A stretch of DNA of 64,000 bases from a virus. The stretch covers positions 4,182 to 68,181 of IMG/VR virus record IMGVR_UViG_3300021378_000019; one strand, written 5' to 3'. Of the stretch, positions 9,301 through 18,327 are shown in pieces; the first letter of the stretch is position 1, and the number at the start of each line of letters is the position of its first letter. Below the pieces are notes generated by a model. That model saw only the letters and a program-made list of their open reading frames with translations, was not told the DNA's origin and did not search any database. The translations under genes and the position numbers were made by a program.

Positions 9301-11670
9301 GTGGCAAACGATAAGAAGTTCATAGTCAAGAACGGCTTGACAGCTAACACAATTAGTCTTGTTGACAATGTTGTTAGTCCAACAAATACAATCAATATCG
9401 CAATGGACGGTGCTAATGATAAACTAGTCATTAGTGGAGACGCTGGCGACCTTCTTACAGTCACAGACGCAAACACAGGAACACTCTTTGAAGTCGCTAA
9501 CTCTTCTGGCTCTTCTGTTTTAAGCGTATCAGACGATGGTACAATTGCGGGTGTTACATTTATCGGTGCTTTGACTGGTAATGCTGATACCGCCACTACT
9601 CTTGCAACCTCAAGAACTATTAGTCTTGGAGGAGATCTTTCAGGATCTGCTTCATTTAACGGTGGCGCAAATATTACTATTACTGCTACAGTAGCAGATG
9701 ATAGCCATAATCACGTTATTTCTAACATTGACGGTCTTCAAACAGCACTTGACGGAAAATTAGACTCGGGTGACATTGGAAGTACTGTATTAGCTTATGA
9801 TAGTAATTTACAGAGTTTTGTTACTGCGTTTACTTTACCGACTGCAGATGGATCTACAAATCAAGTTTTGAAAACGAATGGTTCTGGAACTATCGGATTT
9901 TCAGACGCAAAAGATTTACTTGGGTTGTATGCCGAGAATTCCTCCAGCCCTACAGCACCTTCTGCTACTGGCGACAATGCTGTGGCGATTGGCTTTAATG
10001 CTAGTGCGAGTAATACATACGCAATCGCCATGGGGCATAATGCTACAGCATCTGCCACATACGCAATAGCTCTAGGAAGAAGTGCTGATGCGTCAGGGTC
10101 GAACGCCGCTGCATTAGGGTGGGATTCTACTGCTTCTGGGACACAAGCCGTAGCTCTTGGTACAGCATCAGTGGCATCAGGAACCAACTCTTTAGCTGGG
10201 CCTAATTCAACAGCATCGGCCACAAATTCTGTTGCTATTGGACAAAGCGCATTAGCTTCCAACTTTGGAGGTGCAGCCTTCGGGAAAGGCGCAACGACTG
10301 CTGTTAACAATTACAATGTTGCTATTGGAAACAGTTATACAAGTGGGGCTGATGCCTTCGCAGCAGCTATAGCCAACAACACCTCAAGCTATGGCGCTAC
10401 TGGGGCTAACTCTATTGCAATAGGACAACTCGCAAAAGCAACTGCTGCCAACAGCATTGCCATCGGTGATACTGCACTTTCTAATACAGCCAATCTCATT
10501 GCTCTTGGTGGTACTACAGATACTGTTCAAATTAGTGGTACTTATGCATTACCAAATACTGATGGCACAACGGGTCAGGTTCTGACGACCAATGGTTCTG
10601 GAACAATAACGTTTGCTGATATATCAAATCCGCTTCAACTGTATGCTGAGAACTATGACGGCACGTCAACTAAGCCATCTGCGACTGGTACAAATGCTGT
10701 AGCGATTGGACGACTGGCAACTGCTTCAGGAGCTACTTCAATCGCAATTGGCAATTACACCAACGCCTCGGGTGCTCAAAGTGTAGCTATCGGTCATCAA
10801 CCAAATAATAATCCTACAGGGGAAGGAGCCGCTTCGTTTGGATATAATTCGTATGCAGGGGCACCCTATAGTTCGGCAATAGGGCCATATTCTGTGACTG
10901 CGGGATCAAACAACTTTCCTGCTGCAATTGGCAAATCATACGCCTCCGGCACCGACAGTTTCGCAGCAGCTATAGCCAACAATACCAGTTCTTATGGCGC
11001 TACTGGTGCTAACTCCATTGCGATGGGGGATAGGGCTAAGGCTACAGCAACTTATGCTACAGCAATCGGCACCTCAGTAACAGCGTCTCAGGGTGACGGA
11101 GCCGTGGCTATGGGGTCGTCATCAACGGCATCTGGTTTAGGGTCTTTTGCCACTGGATACCTTAACATAGCAAGCGGACACTATTCACAGGCCATTGGTT
11201 ATGGTGCAAACACAGCCTCGATCTACGGTAAACTCGCCAAATCATCTGGGTACTTTTCCAACTATGCGGATATGCAAGCTGGAATATTGGTGGTTGTCGC
11301 AGCAACAACTGACGCCACACCCAAAGCCCTGACTTCAAACAAAGCCGCCGCAAGCACCAATAACCAAGTCATCCTTCCCAACAACTCTGCCTACGCCTTC
11401 TCAGGCACGATCGTAGCCCGACAGCAAGCCTCTACAGGCACTGCATGTGCAGCATGGAAGGTTGAGGGCTTGATCCGCAGGGAGGGATCGGCGGGGACGA
11501 CAGTGCTGGTCAACAGTGCCACGACTGTTCTGGACAACACACCAGCTTGGGGTATGACGCTCTCGGCTGACACGACCAACGGTGGCCTCAAGATCGAGGT
11601 CACTGGTGCCGCAGCTACCAACATTCGCTGGGTTGCAACAATCAACACGTCTGAAGTCACTTACGCTTGA
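9301..11670 (+). CDS. tail fibre protein with one DDSHNH repeat and a long array of YadA/Hep_Hag-like head repeats
   Basis: GTG start with GGGGAG RBS. Carries ATVADDSHNHVISNIDGLQTALDGKLD as in the giant fibre. The segment ~9940-11230 is built from A(I/V)A(I/L)G...A.AsG..S.A.G units. Confidence 0.8.
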   Translation: MANDKKFIVKNGLTANTISLVDNVVSPTNTINIAMDGANDKLVISGDAGDLLTVTDANTGTLFEVANSSGSSVLSVSDDGTIAGVTFIGALTGNADTATTLATSRTISLGGDLSGSASFNGGANITITATVADDSHNHVISNIDGLQTALDGKLDSGDIGSTVLAYDSNLQSFVTAFTLPTADGSTNQVLKTNGSGTIGFSDAKDLLGLYAENSSSPTAPSATGDNAVAIGFNASASNTYAIAMGHNATASATYAIALGRSADASGSNAAALGWDSTASGTQAVALGTASVASGTNSLAGPNSTASATNSVAIGQSALASNFGGAAFGKGATTAVNNYNVAIGNSYTSGADAFAAAIANNTSSYGATGANSIAIGQLAKATAANSIAIGDTALSNTANLIALGGTTDTVQISGTYALPNTDGTTGQVLTTNGSGTITFADISNPLQLYAENYDGTSTKPSATGTNAVAIGRLATASGATSIAIGNYTNASGAQSVAIGHQPNNNPTGEGAASFGYNSYAGAPYSSAIGPYSVTAGSNNFPAAIGKSYASGTDSFAAAIANNTSSYGATGANSIAMGDRAKATATYATAIGTSVTASQGDGAVAMGSSSTASGLGSFATGYLNIASGHYSQAIGYGANTASIYGKLAKSSGYFSNYADMQAGILVVVAATTDATPKALTSNKAAASTNNQVILPNNSAYAFSGTIVARQQASTGTACAAWKVEGLIRREGSAGTTVLVNSATTVLDNTPAWGMTLSADTTNGGLKIEVTGAAATNIRWVATINTSEVTYA

Positions 11671-11678
11671 TATAAATA
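11671..11678 (+). promoter_or_regulatory. T4-type late promoter TATAAATA
   Basis: Exact octamer 20 nt upstream of AAAGGAGAAAACAAATG at 11698. Confidence 0.6.
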
Positions 11679-11697
11679 ACTCAAAAGGAGAAAACAA

Positions 11698-11997
11698 ATG
11701 GCAATTCAATTTGATCTACAAAACTCACAATATGGTATTGCATTCAACGGTGCATACTATCGTATTGCAACAGCAGCAGTTTCTCGTATGAGAGAAGGTG
11801 GTCCAAAATTCACAGTAGTGATTGACCTTTCTGCATATGCAACCACTGAACCAACAGATGATACTCGTGAAGTTGACTTCCGTCGCTATCACGTAGATTA
11901 TGCAGAAGTCGTAGCACAAACAGGTGATGACTTCATTGCTAAATGCTATGCATGGGTAATGTCACAAGATGATATGAGCGGATCCACAACCGTATAA
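11698..11997 (+). CDS. hypothetical late protein
   Basis: Own late promoter and strong RBS. No recognisable motif. Confidence 0.6.
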   Translation: MAIQFDLQNSQYGIAFNGAYYRIATAAVSRMREGGPKFTVVIDLSAYATTEPTDDTREVDFRRYHVDYAEVVAQTGDDFIAKCYAWVMSQDDMSGSTTV

Positions 11998-12008
11998 GGA
12001 AATAAGGT

Positions 12009-12212
12009 ATGGCAATCAATCTAGATCACACTGGTTCTGGTAATATCACTCTTAAATCGCCTGATTCTGGAAGCGGTACACTTGTACTTCCAACTTCAGT
12101 AGGTACTATCAATCAAGTATTGATTACGGACGGCTCAGGCAACTTAAGCTTTGCAACTCCTGTAGCTCAGCCAGATGAATACGCTAGAACAATTGCTCTC
12201 TTAGCACTCTAA
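12009..12212 (+). CDS. small fibre-like protein
   Basis: GTINQVLITDGSGNLSFA matches the G(S/T)TNQVL.TNGSGTI(G/T)F(S/A)D motifs inside fibre 9301..11670. Has an AAGGAAATAAGG RBS. Confidence 0.55.
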   Translation: MAINLDHTGSGNITLKSPDSGSGTLVLPTSVGTINQVLITDGSGNLSFATPVAQPDEYARTIALLAL

Positions 12213-12242
12213 TTTTGAAATATTTTGTAATGGAGTATATGA

Positions 12243-13238
12243 ATGAACCACGTGTCCACAAATGGACTTGTAGATTATGCACTTAAAAACGGTGGATCAA
12301 TACATCCACTGGTAGTGCCTCAAGAAAAGACCGAAGGTACGGGTCTTATGAATCCATCTATTTTTGTAGATGGTGATGACATCCTTGTAAACGTAAGGCA
12401 TGTAAACTACACTCTTTATCACAGCGAAGGCAAGGGGTTTCCTCATCAGTGGGGACCTCTTCAATATATCCATCCAGAAGACGATTGGACTCTTCGAACT
12501 AACAACTTTATGTGTCAACTCAATCAAGACCTGTCAATCAAAAATTCTTACATGGTTGATATGAAGCTCAATAAAGATCCTAAATGGCACTTCATTGGTC
12601 TTGAAGATGCTAGACTTTTTCGTTGGAATGAAAAACTTTATCTCTGTGGTGTAAGAAGAGATCACATCGATAACAAAGGCACTGGTAGAATGGATCTTTG
12701 CGAGATCGAGTTTACCGGAGATGGATACGAAGAAGTAAGTAGATCTTATATCCCATCTCCAAATGGTGATAAGAGCTATTGTGAAAAAAACTGGATGCCG
12801 ATTCTCGATAGACCATACGATTTTGTTAAATGGACAAATCCTGTAGAAATAGCTCATTATAATCCTGAAGATAAAAGCTGCACTGCAACAATAGTGAAAC
12901 ACGATAAAGGTTATGCGTTTCCAAGAGATATAAGAGGATCTTCTCAAATTATACCGTGGAGAGATCACTATATTGCAATTACTCATGAAGTTTGGTTATA
13001 TAAAGATCGCATCGGCAGAAAAGACGGCCGATACATGCACAGACTTGTAGTGTGGGATAAAGACTTCAAAGTAGTAAATTATTCTGAAGACTTTTCTTTC
13101 ATGAAAGGAGAAATCGAATTTGCTGCAGGTTTAGCACTGCACGGAGATGACGTTTTGATCTCGTTTGGTTTCCAGGATAACGCTGCTTATATATTAAGAA
13201 TGCCACAAGATATACTTCAAAGGATGATTGTAGAATGA
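12243..13238 (+). CDS. putative glycoside hydrolase/phosphorylase-like beta-propeller protein (GH130/GH43-like), speculative
   Basis: 331 aa. NPSIFVDGDDILVNVRH, GLEDARLF and EKNWMP blocks recall GH130-type enzymes. First gene of a 3-gene sugar cassette. Confidence 0.45.
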   Translation: MNHVSTNGLVDYALKNGGSIHPLVVPQEKTEGTGLMNPSIFVDGDDILVNVRHVNYTLYHSEGKGFPHQWGPLQYIHPEDDWTLRTNNFMCQLNQDLSIKNSYMVDMKLNKDPKWHFIGLEDARLFRWNEKLYLCGVRRDHIDNKGTGRMDLCEIEFTGDGYEEVSRSYIPSPNGDKSYCEKNWMPILDRPYDFVKWTNPVEIAHYNPEDKSCTATIVKHDKGYAFPRDIRGSSQIIPWRDHYIAITHEVWLYKDRIGRKDGRYMHRLVVWDKDFKVVNYSEDFSFMKGEIEFAAGLALHGDDVLISFGFQDNAAYILRMPQDILQRMIVE

Positions 13239-15196
13239 TGAAGCTTGAAGAATACGTGAAGGATCCGCTAGATCCCGTAAAAAACTTTGATGTTGGATAT
13301 GAATATGAAAAACTAGGTCAAACAGCATCAGCAGTTTCTTTTTATATAAGAGCAGCTGAAAAATCAAATGATGACCGAATTAAGTTTGAGGCTATGATTC
13401 GAGCTGCTAAATGTTTTGATTCTCAGGGTAGAAGAAACTTTTCAACTGAAGGTCTTCTTCAATTTGCTGTCACTGCCATGCCAAATAGATCTGAAGCATA
13501 TTACTTCCTCAGCAAATTATATCATAAAATGGAAAAGTGGCGCGAATGCAGTTTATATGCTCAACTTGGATTGCAGTATGAGTCGTATAACGATATGAGA
13601 ACAGACATCAATTTTCCTGGAGCATATGCGCTTATTTACGAAAAGGCTGTTGGCGACTGGAATATAGGCCTATATGAAAAATCAAAACAAGCTCTCTATC
13701 ATTTGAAATATAATGTTCAAATGGATAAAGAACATGAAATGCTTGTAAATGAATTACTTGCTAAAAATGGATATCCAGATACAATTCCATACGATGCTTC
13801 GAGATACAAATTTGGTTTTGATGGAATAGAAACTGTAGATCAAAACTATTCTAAACATATGCAAGATATGTTTGTACTTACAGCACTCAATGGAAAAAAG
13901 AATGGAACGTATCTTGAAATTGGTTCCGGTGATCCAATTCTCAACAATAATACATTTCTACTTGAAAAAAGCTTTGGATGGAAAGGTATTTCTTTAGATC
14001 AAGATCGTGATCATTGCAATCAATTTTTTGTCAAAAGAAAAAACCCAGTTATACGAGCTCAAAGTTTAAATGTAAATTATTTTGAACTATTAGATAATCA
14101 CTGTATGCCGTATGAAATAGATTATCTTCAAATTGATTGCGATGATGACTCATATGAAACTCTTCGCAGAATTCCATTCAGTGATTACAAATTTGCTGTG
14201 ATTCATTTTGAACATGACATGTATATCAAAAATCATAAAATAAGAGAATATTCACGAAATATCCTAAAAGATGCAGGTTATGTTTTAGTAGTAAATGACA
14301 TTGCTATAAATGAAACTGATAGCCACGAAGATTGGTGGGTACATCCAGATATTGTAAATTCTGATACTATTGAAAAACTAAAAGCAAAAAACGACATCAA
14401 TTTTGTTGGTACCTATATGTTTGAACACGAAAAAAAAGTTCATAATAGTCCTTTAGATAAGTTTGTTCCAAATATATTAAGTCTTGAAAGTTGTGGATCT
14501 AGAAGAAATGTATTGACAGACGCTTTCAATCGCATTGGCACAAATAAATATCGCATGAATGTCTTCAAAAAAATAGAAGATACAAATATAGATTTTATAG
14601 GAAATGAAAAACGCATCGAACTTCTTCCTCTCGGTGTTCTTACTTCGCATTTACTTACAATAAAAAAGTGGTATGATGAAACTCAAGAAGAATATGGTCT
14701 ATTCTTTGAAGATGACGTAAGTTTTGATAATATTAAGTATTGGAACTTCAATCTAAACGAATTCGTGTCAAAGCTTCCAAACAATTGCGATGCTATACAG
14801 CTTTCTTGCATTTATCAGATAGATCCAGATATACGAGTAAGACGTAGAGATCATCTTGATCACGGAATACAAGCATATATTTTGAAAAGAAACTATGCTA
14901 AAAAATTGCTCGAGGATCTTATTGTAGATGAAAAAACAATAGCTGTAAAAGATCCGTTTGTATCTCTTTCTGTAGAAAACTATATTATGCATGAAAAATA
15001 TGGTAATACATATTCATTTCCGCTTTTCAATCATAATGTAAAAGACTTTAATTCCACGATAGTTGATGCTAATAACGACTCAAAAAACTTAGTAGAAGGT
15101 CAGTCGCATCTTGCAGTACCATCTTATGAAACTGTTCTCAACTGGTGGAAACGCACTGGATCAAAACTAACACTTGACCAAATTATGGAGCTTTGA
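13235..15196 (+). CDS. multidomain glycan-modifying enzyme: TPR-like N-term, FkbM-type methyltransferase core, GT25-like glycosyltransferase C-term
   Basis: YLEIGSGDPILNNNTFLLEKSFGWKGISLD and IDYLQIDCDDDSYETLRRIP fit FkbM-family motifs. LTSHLLTIKKW...GLFFEDDVSF fits the GT25 (LPS glycosyltransferase) pattern. Confidence 0.55.
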   Translation: MMKLEEYVKDPLDPVKNFDVGYEYEKLGQTASAVSFYIRAAEKSNDDRIKFEAMIRAAKCFDSQGRRNFSTEGLLQFAVTAMPNRSEAYYFLSKLYHKMEKWRECSLYAQLGLQYESYNDMRTDINFPGAYALIYEKAVGDWNIGLYEKSKQALYHLKYNVQMDKEHEMLVNELLAKNGYPDTIPYDASRYKFGFDGIETVDQNYSKHMQDMFVLTALNGKKNGTYLEIGSGDPILNNNTFLLEKSFGWKGISLDQDRDHCNQFFVKRKNPVIRAQSLNVNYFELLDNHCMPYEIDYLQIDCDDDSYETLRRIPFSDYKFAVIHFEHDMYIKNHKIREYSRNILKDAGYVLVVNDIAINETDSHEDWWVHPDIVNSDTIEKLKAKNDINFVGTYMFEHEKKVHNSPLDKFVPNILSLESCGSRRNVLTDAFNRIGTNKYRMNVFKKIEDTNIDFIGNEKRIELLPLGVLTSHLLTIKKWYDETQEEYGLFFEDDVSFDNIKYWNFNLNEFVSKLPNNCDAIQLSCIYQIDPDIRVRRRDHLDHGIQAYILKRNYAKKLLEDLIVDEKTIAVKDPFVSLSVENYIMHEKYGNTYSFPLFNHNVKDFNSTIVDANNDSKNLVEGQSHLAVPSYETVLNWWKRTGSKLTLDQIMEL

Positions 15197-15197
15197 T

Positions 15198-15956
15198 ATG
15201 AAAGTAGTACTTGTAACAGGAGGATTTGATCCGCTACACAGTGGTCATATCGCGTACTTTGAGGAAGCAAAGAAGCTTGGTGACATGCTTGTAGTTGGAA
15301 TAAATAGTAATGAATGGCTAACCCGTAAAAAAGGACAGCCATTTATGGACATCAATGAGAGAGTTAGCATTGTAAAAAATCTCTCTATGGTAGATTCGGT
15401 GATTGTATTTGATGATAACGATGGATCCTCGAAGGAAGCAATTCGACACTGTCTCAATACTTATCCAAACTCTCATATTGTTTTTGCAAATGGTGGAGAT
15501 CGAAATTCGGGTAACATTCCTGAAAATGAAATTAATGATACACGTCTCGAGTTCGCCTTTGGAGTAGGCGGAACTCACAAGATGAACTCAAGCAGTAAGA
15601 TCCTTACAGAGTGGAAGACTCCAAGAACAGAAAGAAAGTGGGGATACTATCGAGTATTGCATGCAGATGGTCCTGCAACAAAAGTAAAAGAACTAGTTGT
15701 AAAGCCAGGCAAGTCACTTAGTCTGCAAAAGCACAATAAAAGAAGTGAATATTGGATTGTTTCATATGGCATTGGTAAAGTAATGATTGGTGATGACGAA
15801 ACTGATTTACAAGAACATACTCTTAAAAGACACACTTCAGTTGTAATTCGTACTGGTCAATGGCACCAACTCATAAATAACTCTAATGATGAACTAAGAA
15901 TTGTAGAGATTCAATATGGTAGTAATTGTATAGAAGAAGATATATTCAGGATCTAA
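15198..15956 (+). CDS. sugar-phosphate cytidylyl/adenylyltransferase (GGFDPLHSGH, TagD/RfaE-II-like) fused to a C-terminal cupin (mannose-6-P isomerase-like) domain
   Basis: N-term VLVTGGFDPLHSGHIAYFEEAKKLGDMLVVGINSNEWL is a (H/T)xGH nucleotidyltransferase. C-term WGYYRVLHADGPATKVKELVVKPGKSLSLQKHNKRSEYWIVSYGIGKVMIG is a cupin. ATG at 15198 has a GGAG RBS. Confidence 0.65.
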   Translation: MKVVLVTGGFDPLHSGHIAYFEEAKKLGDMLVVGINSNEWLTRKKGQPFMDINERVSIVKNLSMVDSVIVFDDNDGSSKEAIRHCLNTYPNSHIVFANGGDRNSGNIPENEINDTRLEFAFGVGGTHKMNSSSKILTEWKTPRTERKWGYYRVLHADGPATKVKELVVKPGKSLSLQKHNKRSEYWIVSYGIGKVMIGDDETDLQEHTLKRHTSVVIRTGQWHQLINNSNDELRIVEIQYGSNCIEEDIFRI

Positions 15957-16036
15957 TCTGTTATTTGTTTGATTGAGATAAATCTATTATAACACATTAG
16001 TAGAATTTGTCAATCAAAATGTGCAATCTTTTTGAG

Positions 16037-16044
16037 TATAAATA
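16037..16044 (+). promoter_or_regulatory. T4-type late promoter TATAAATA
   Basis: Exact octamer 25 nt upstream of the gp13 ATG at 16069, within a 112-bp gap. Confidence 0.6.
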
Positions 16045-16068
16045 GATATAAAACTAGGAGATGCACGG

Positions 16069-16812
16069 ATGGCAGCGCCAACTACAAGAGCAGAATTCAA
16101 AGATTATGTACTTCGTAAAATAGGTGCACCTGTAATACAGATTAACGTATCTGATGAACAGGTCGATGATCGTATTGATGAAGCTATTTCTTTCTGGAGA
16201 GACTATCACTATAGTGGCAGCCAGCTAATATATCTCAAGCATCAACTCACGCAAGAAGATATAGATAATGGTTATATTGATGTACCAGAAAGACTTCTCG
16301 GTATTTCTCGTATTTTTGACTTGAGTTCTTCTATCAGCAGCGGTGCTGGTTTTTTCAATGTACAATATCAGTTTGTTTTGAATAATCTTTCAGACATTAC
16401 TGGCTATAACATCCAGCACTATTGGCAGTCAATGCAATATCTCGAGTTTATTCAAGAAATTCTTGTCGGTAAACCGCTTATTCGATATAATCGACATATC
16501 AATAAATTGTATCTTGACATCAATAAAAATTTGCTTGTTCCTGGTGAATTCGTTATCGTAGAAGCTTATGATATCATAGACCCAGAAACATATTCTGATG
16601 TGTGGAATGATCGTTGGTTGCAAAACTATTCTTCAGCGTTGATACGCGAACAGTGGGGTTTAAATCTTACGAAGTTTACAAACATGCAGCTTTTAGGTGG
16701 TGTGCAGTTTAATGGAGAACAAATTCTTTCTGAAGCTAAAGCAGACCGTAAAGAAATGGAAGAACAGGCTATACAAAGTCTTCAACCACTCACATATAAC
16801 TTTATCGGATAA
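16069..16812 (+). CDS. gp13: neck protein gp13
   Basis: EFKDYVLRKIGAPVIQINVSDEQVDDRIDEAISFWRDYHYSG and C-term NDRWLQNYSSALIREQWG...GGVQFNGEQILSEAKADRKEMEE align to T4 gp13 N- and C-termini. Confidence 0.85.
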   Translation: MAAPTTRAEFKDYVLRKIGAPVIQINVSDEQVDDRIDEAISFWRDYHYSGSQLIYLKHQLTQEDIDNGYIDVPERLLGISRIFDLSSSISSGAGFFNVQYQFVLNNLSDITGYNIQHYWQSMQYLEFIQEILVGKPLIRYNRHINKLYLDINKNLLVPGEFVIVEAYDIIDPETYSDVWNDRWLQNYSSALIREQWGLNLTKFTNMQLLGGVQFNGEQILSEAKADRKEMEEQAIQSLQPLTYNFIG

Positions 16813-16815
16813 CTC

Positions 16816-17556
16816 ATGGCTACCAATGTTTTCTTTCAGAATTATGATTATTTTAATGAGCAGCAACTCATTGAAGATCTGGTTATTGAATCAATTCAAA
16901 TTTATGGTCTAGATACGATTTATCTCACTAGATCTTTACAAGCAGAAGACGCAATTCTGAATGAAGATGATCTGTCAATTTTCGATGAATCTTATGAAAT
17001 TGATATGTACATTAAAAGTGTGGATGGATTTGAAGGTGAAGGTGACTTCCTCAGCAGGTTTGGTCTGCAAATACGAGACAGCGTAACTTTTTCAGTTGCA
17101 ATACGAACTTTTGAAAAGTTTGTGACTAGACACCAACCGCTGAAGGTTCGACCGCTTGAAGGCGATCTTATTTTTATGCCAATGAATGGTAAGTTTTTCA
17201 AAGTAACACACGTAGAACACGAAAGTATTTTCTATCAATCTGGTGCTCTTCAAATATTTGACATCAAGTGTGAACTTTTTGAATATTCAAATGAGAGATT
17301 TGATACTGGAAGACCACTTATTGATAACTTCTATGATGACATTAAGACTGATAGAATTGGTGACCTCGTAACTCTCAAAGAAGTAGATCCGATTGCACGC
17401 AATATCGACTTTGAAAGAGAAGGTAATGGCTTCATTGACTTTACTGAAATTGATCCATTCAGCGAAGTAATTACAAATCCAAGAACAAATTCTGCGAGCG
17501 CAGACTCCACAATAATTACTGCCGATAATATAGTAATAACCACAGATATAGTCTAA
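16816..17556 (+). CDS. gp14: neck protein gp14
   Basis: VDGFEGEGDFLSRFGLQIRDSVTFSV...PLEGDLIFMPMNGKFFKVTHVE align to T4 gp14 ([26 protein letters not shown]...[20 protein letters not shown]). Confidence 0.8.
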   Translation: MATNVFFQNYDYFNEQQLIEDLVIESIQIYGLDTIYLTRSLQAEDAILNEDDLSIFDESYEIDMYIKSVDGFEGEGDFLSRFGLQIRDSVTFSVAIRTFEKFVTRHQPLKVRPLEGDLIFMPMNGKFFKVTHVEHESIFYQSGALQIFDIKCELFEYSNERFDTGRPLIDNFYDDIKTDRIGDLVTLKEVDPIARNIDFEREGNGFIDFTEIDPFSEVITNPRTNSASADSTIITADNIVITTDIV

Positions 17557-17565
17557 GAGGAAACA

Positions 17566-18327
17566 ATGGTACAAAGAATCATAAACATAGGTGCTGCGGC
17601 TAATGACGGTACTGGTGATCCGATACGTGATGCCTTTACTAAAGCAAATGAAAACTTTACTGAAATATATGCATCAGTAGATACAATTCCGACTGACATT
17701 AGTGAATTGACGGATGCTAACAACATAATTTTCTCAAGAGATTATAGCGATCTTGCAAATACTCCGTTTATTCCAAGTGATATTAGTGAATTGACTGATG
17801 CTAATAATGTTTTAGGCGCTGCGATACCAACAGATATTAGTGATTTAGTAGACTCTACTGGGCTTTTATTTTCAGGTGAATACACAGATCTTGCAAATAC
17901 GCCATTTGTACCAGTTGATATTTCAGATCTAACAGATATTGACGAATTACTGACTAAGATCGATGTGGTAAATGTAAGAGAAAGTTTTACTGCAGTATCC
18001 AGTGTTTCGAGTTTTCATGCGCAAGATTGTTCTGACGGGCATGTAGTTTATTTTACATCACCAGCATCCAATTTTGACGTAAATTTTTATAACCTAGATT
18101 TAGATCAGGGTAAATCTACTGCGTTTACTGTAGTTATAAATCAGGGCAGTACGGCTTATATTCCGCAAAATATTTCTATAAACGCAATTCCGCAGATTGT
18201 TTATTGGCAAGGTGGCTTAGAACCAACCGGAACCACAAATGGCGTAGACGTAATTTCTTTTTCTGTTTTGAACACATCTGGAGATTACATAGTTTTAGGT
18301 CAATCCAGCGGTTTTGAGGAAGCGTAA
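17566..18327 (+). CDS. virion protein with DISELTDANN-type tandem repeats (neck/collar fibre candidate)
   Basis: IPTDISELTDANN, IPSDISELTDANN, IPTDISDLVDSTG and VPVDISDLTDIDE repeat every ~30 aa. Inserted between gp14 and gp15. Confidence 0.55.
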   Translation: MVQRIINIGAAANDGTGDPIRDAFTKANENFTEIYASVDTIPTDISELTDANNIIFSRDYSDLANTPFIPSDISELTDANNVLGAAIPTDISDLVDSTGLLFSGEYTDLANTPFVPVDISDLTDIDELLTKIDVVNVRESFTAVSSVSSFHAQDCSDGHVVYFTSPASNFDVNFYNLDLDQGKSTAFTVVINQGSTAYIPQNISINAIPQIVYWQGGLEPTGTTNGVDVISFSVLNTSGDYIVLGQSSGFEEA

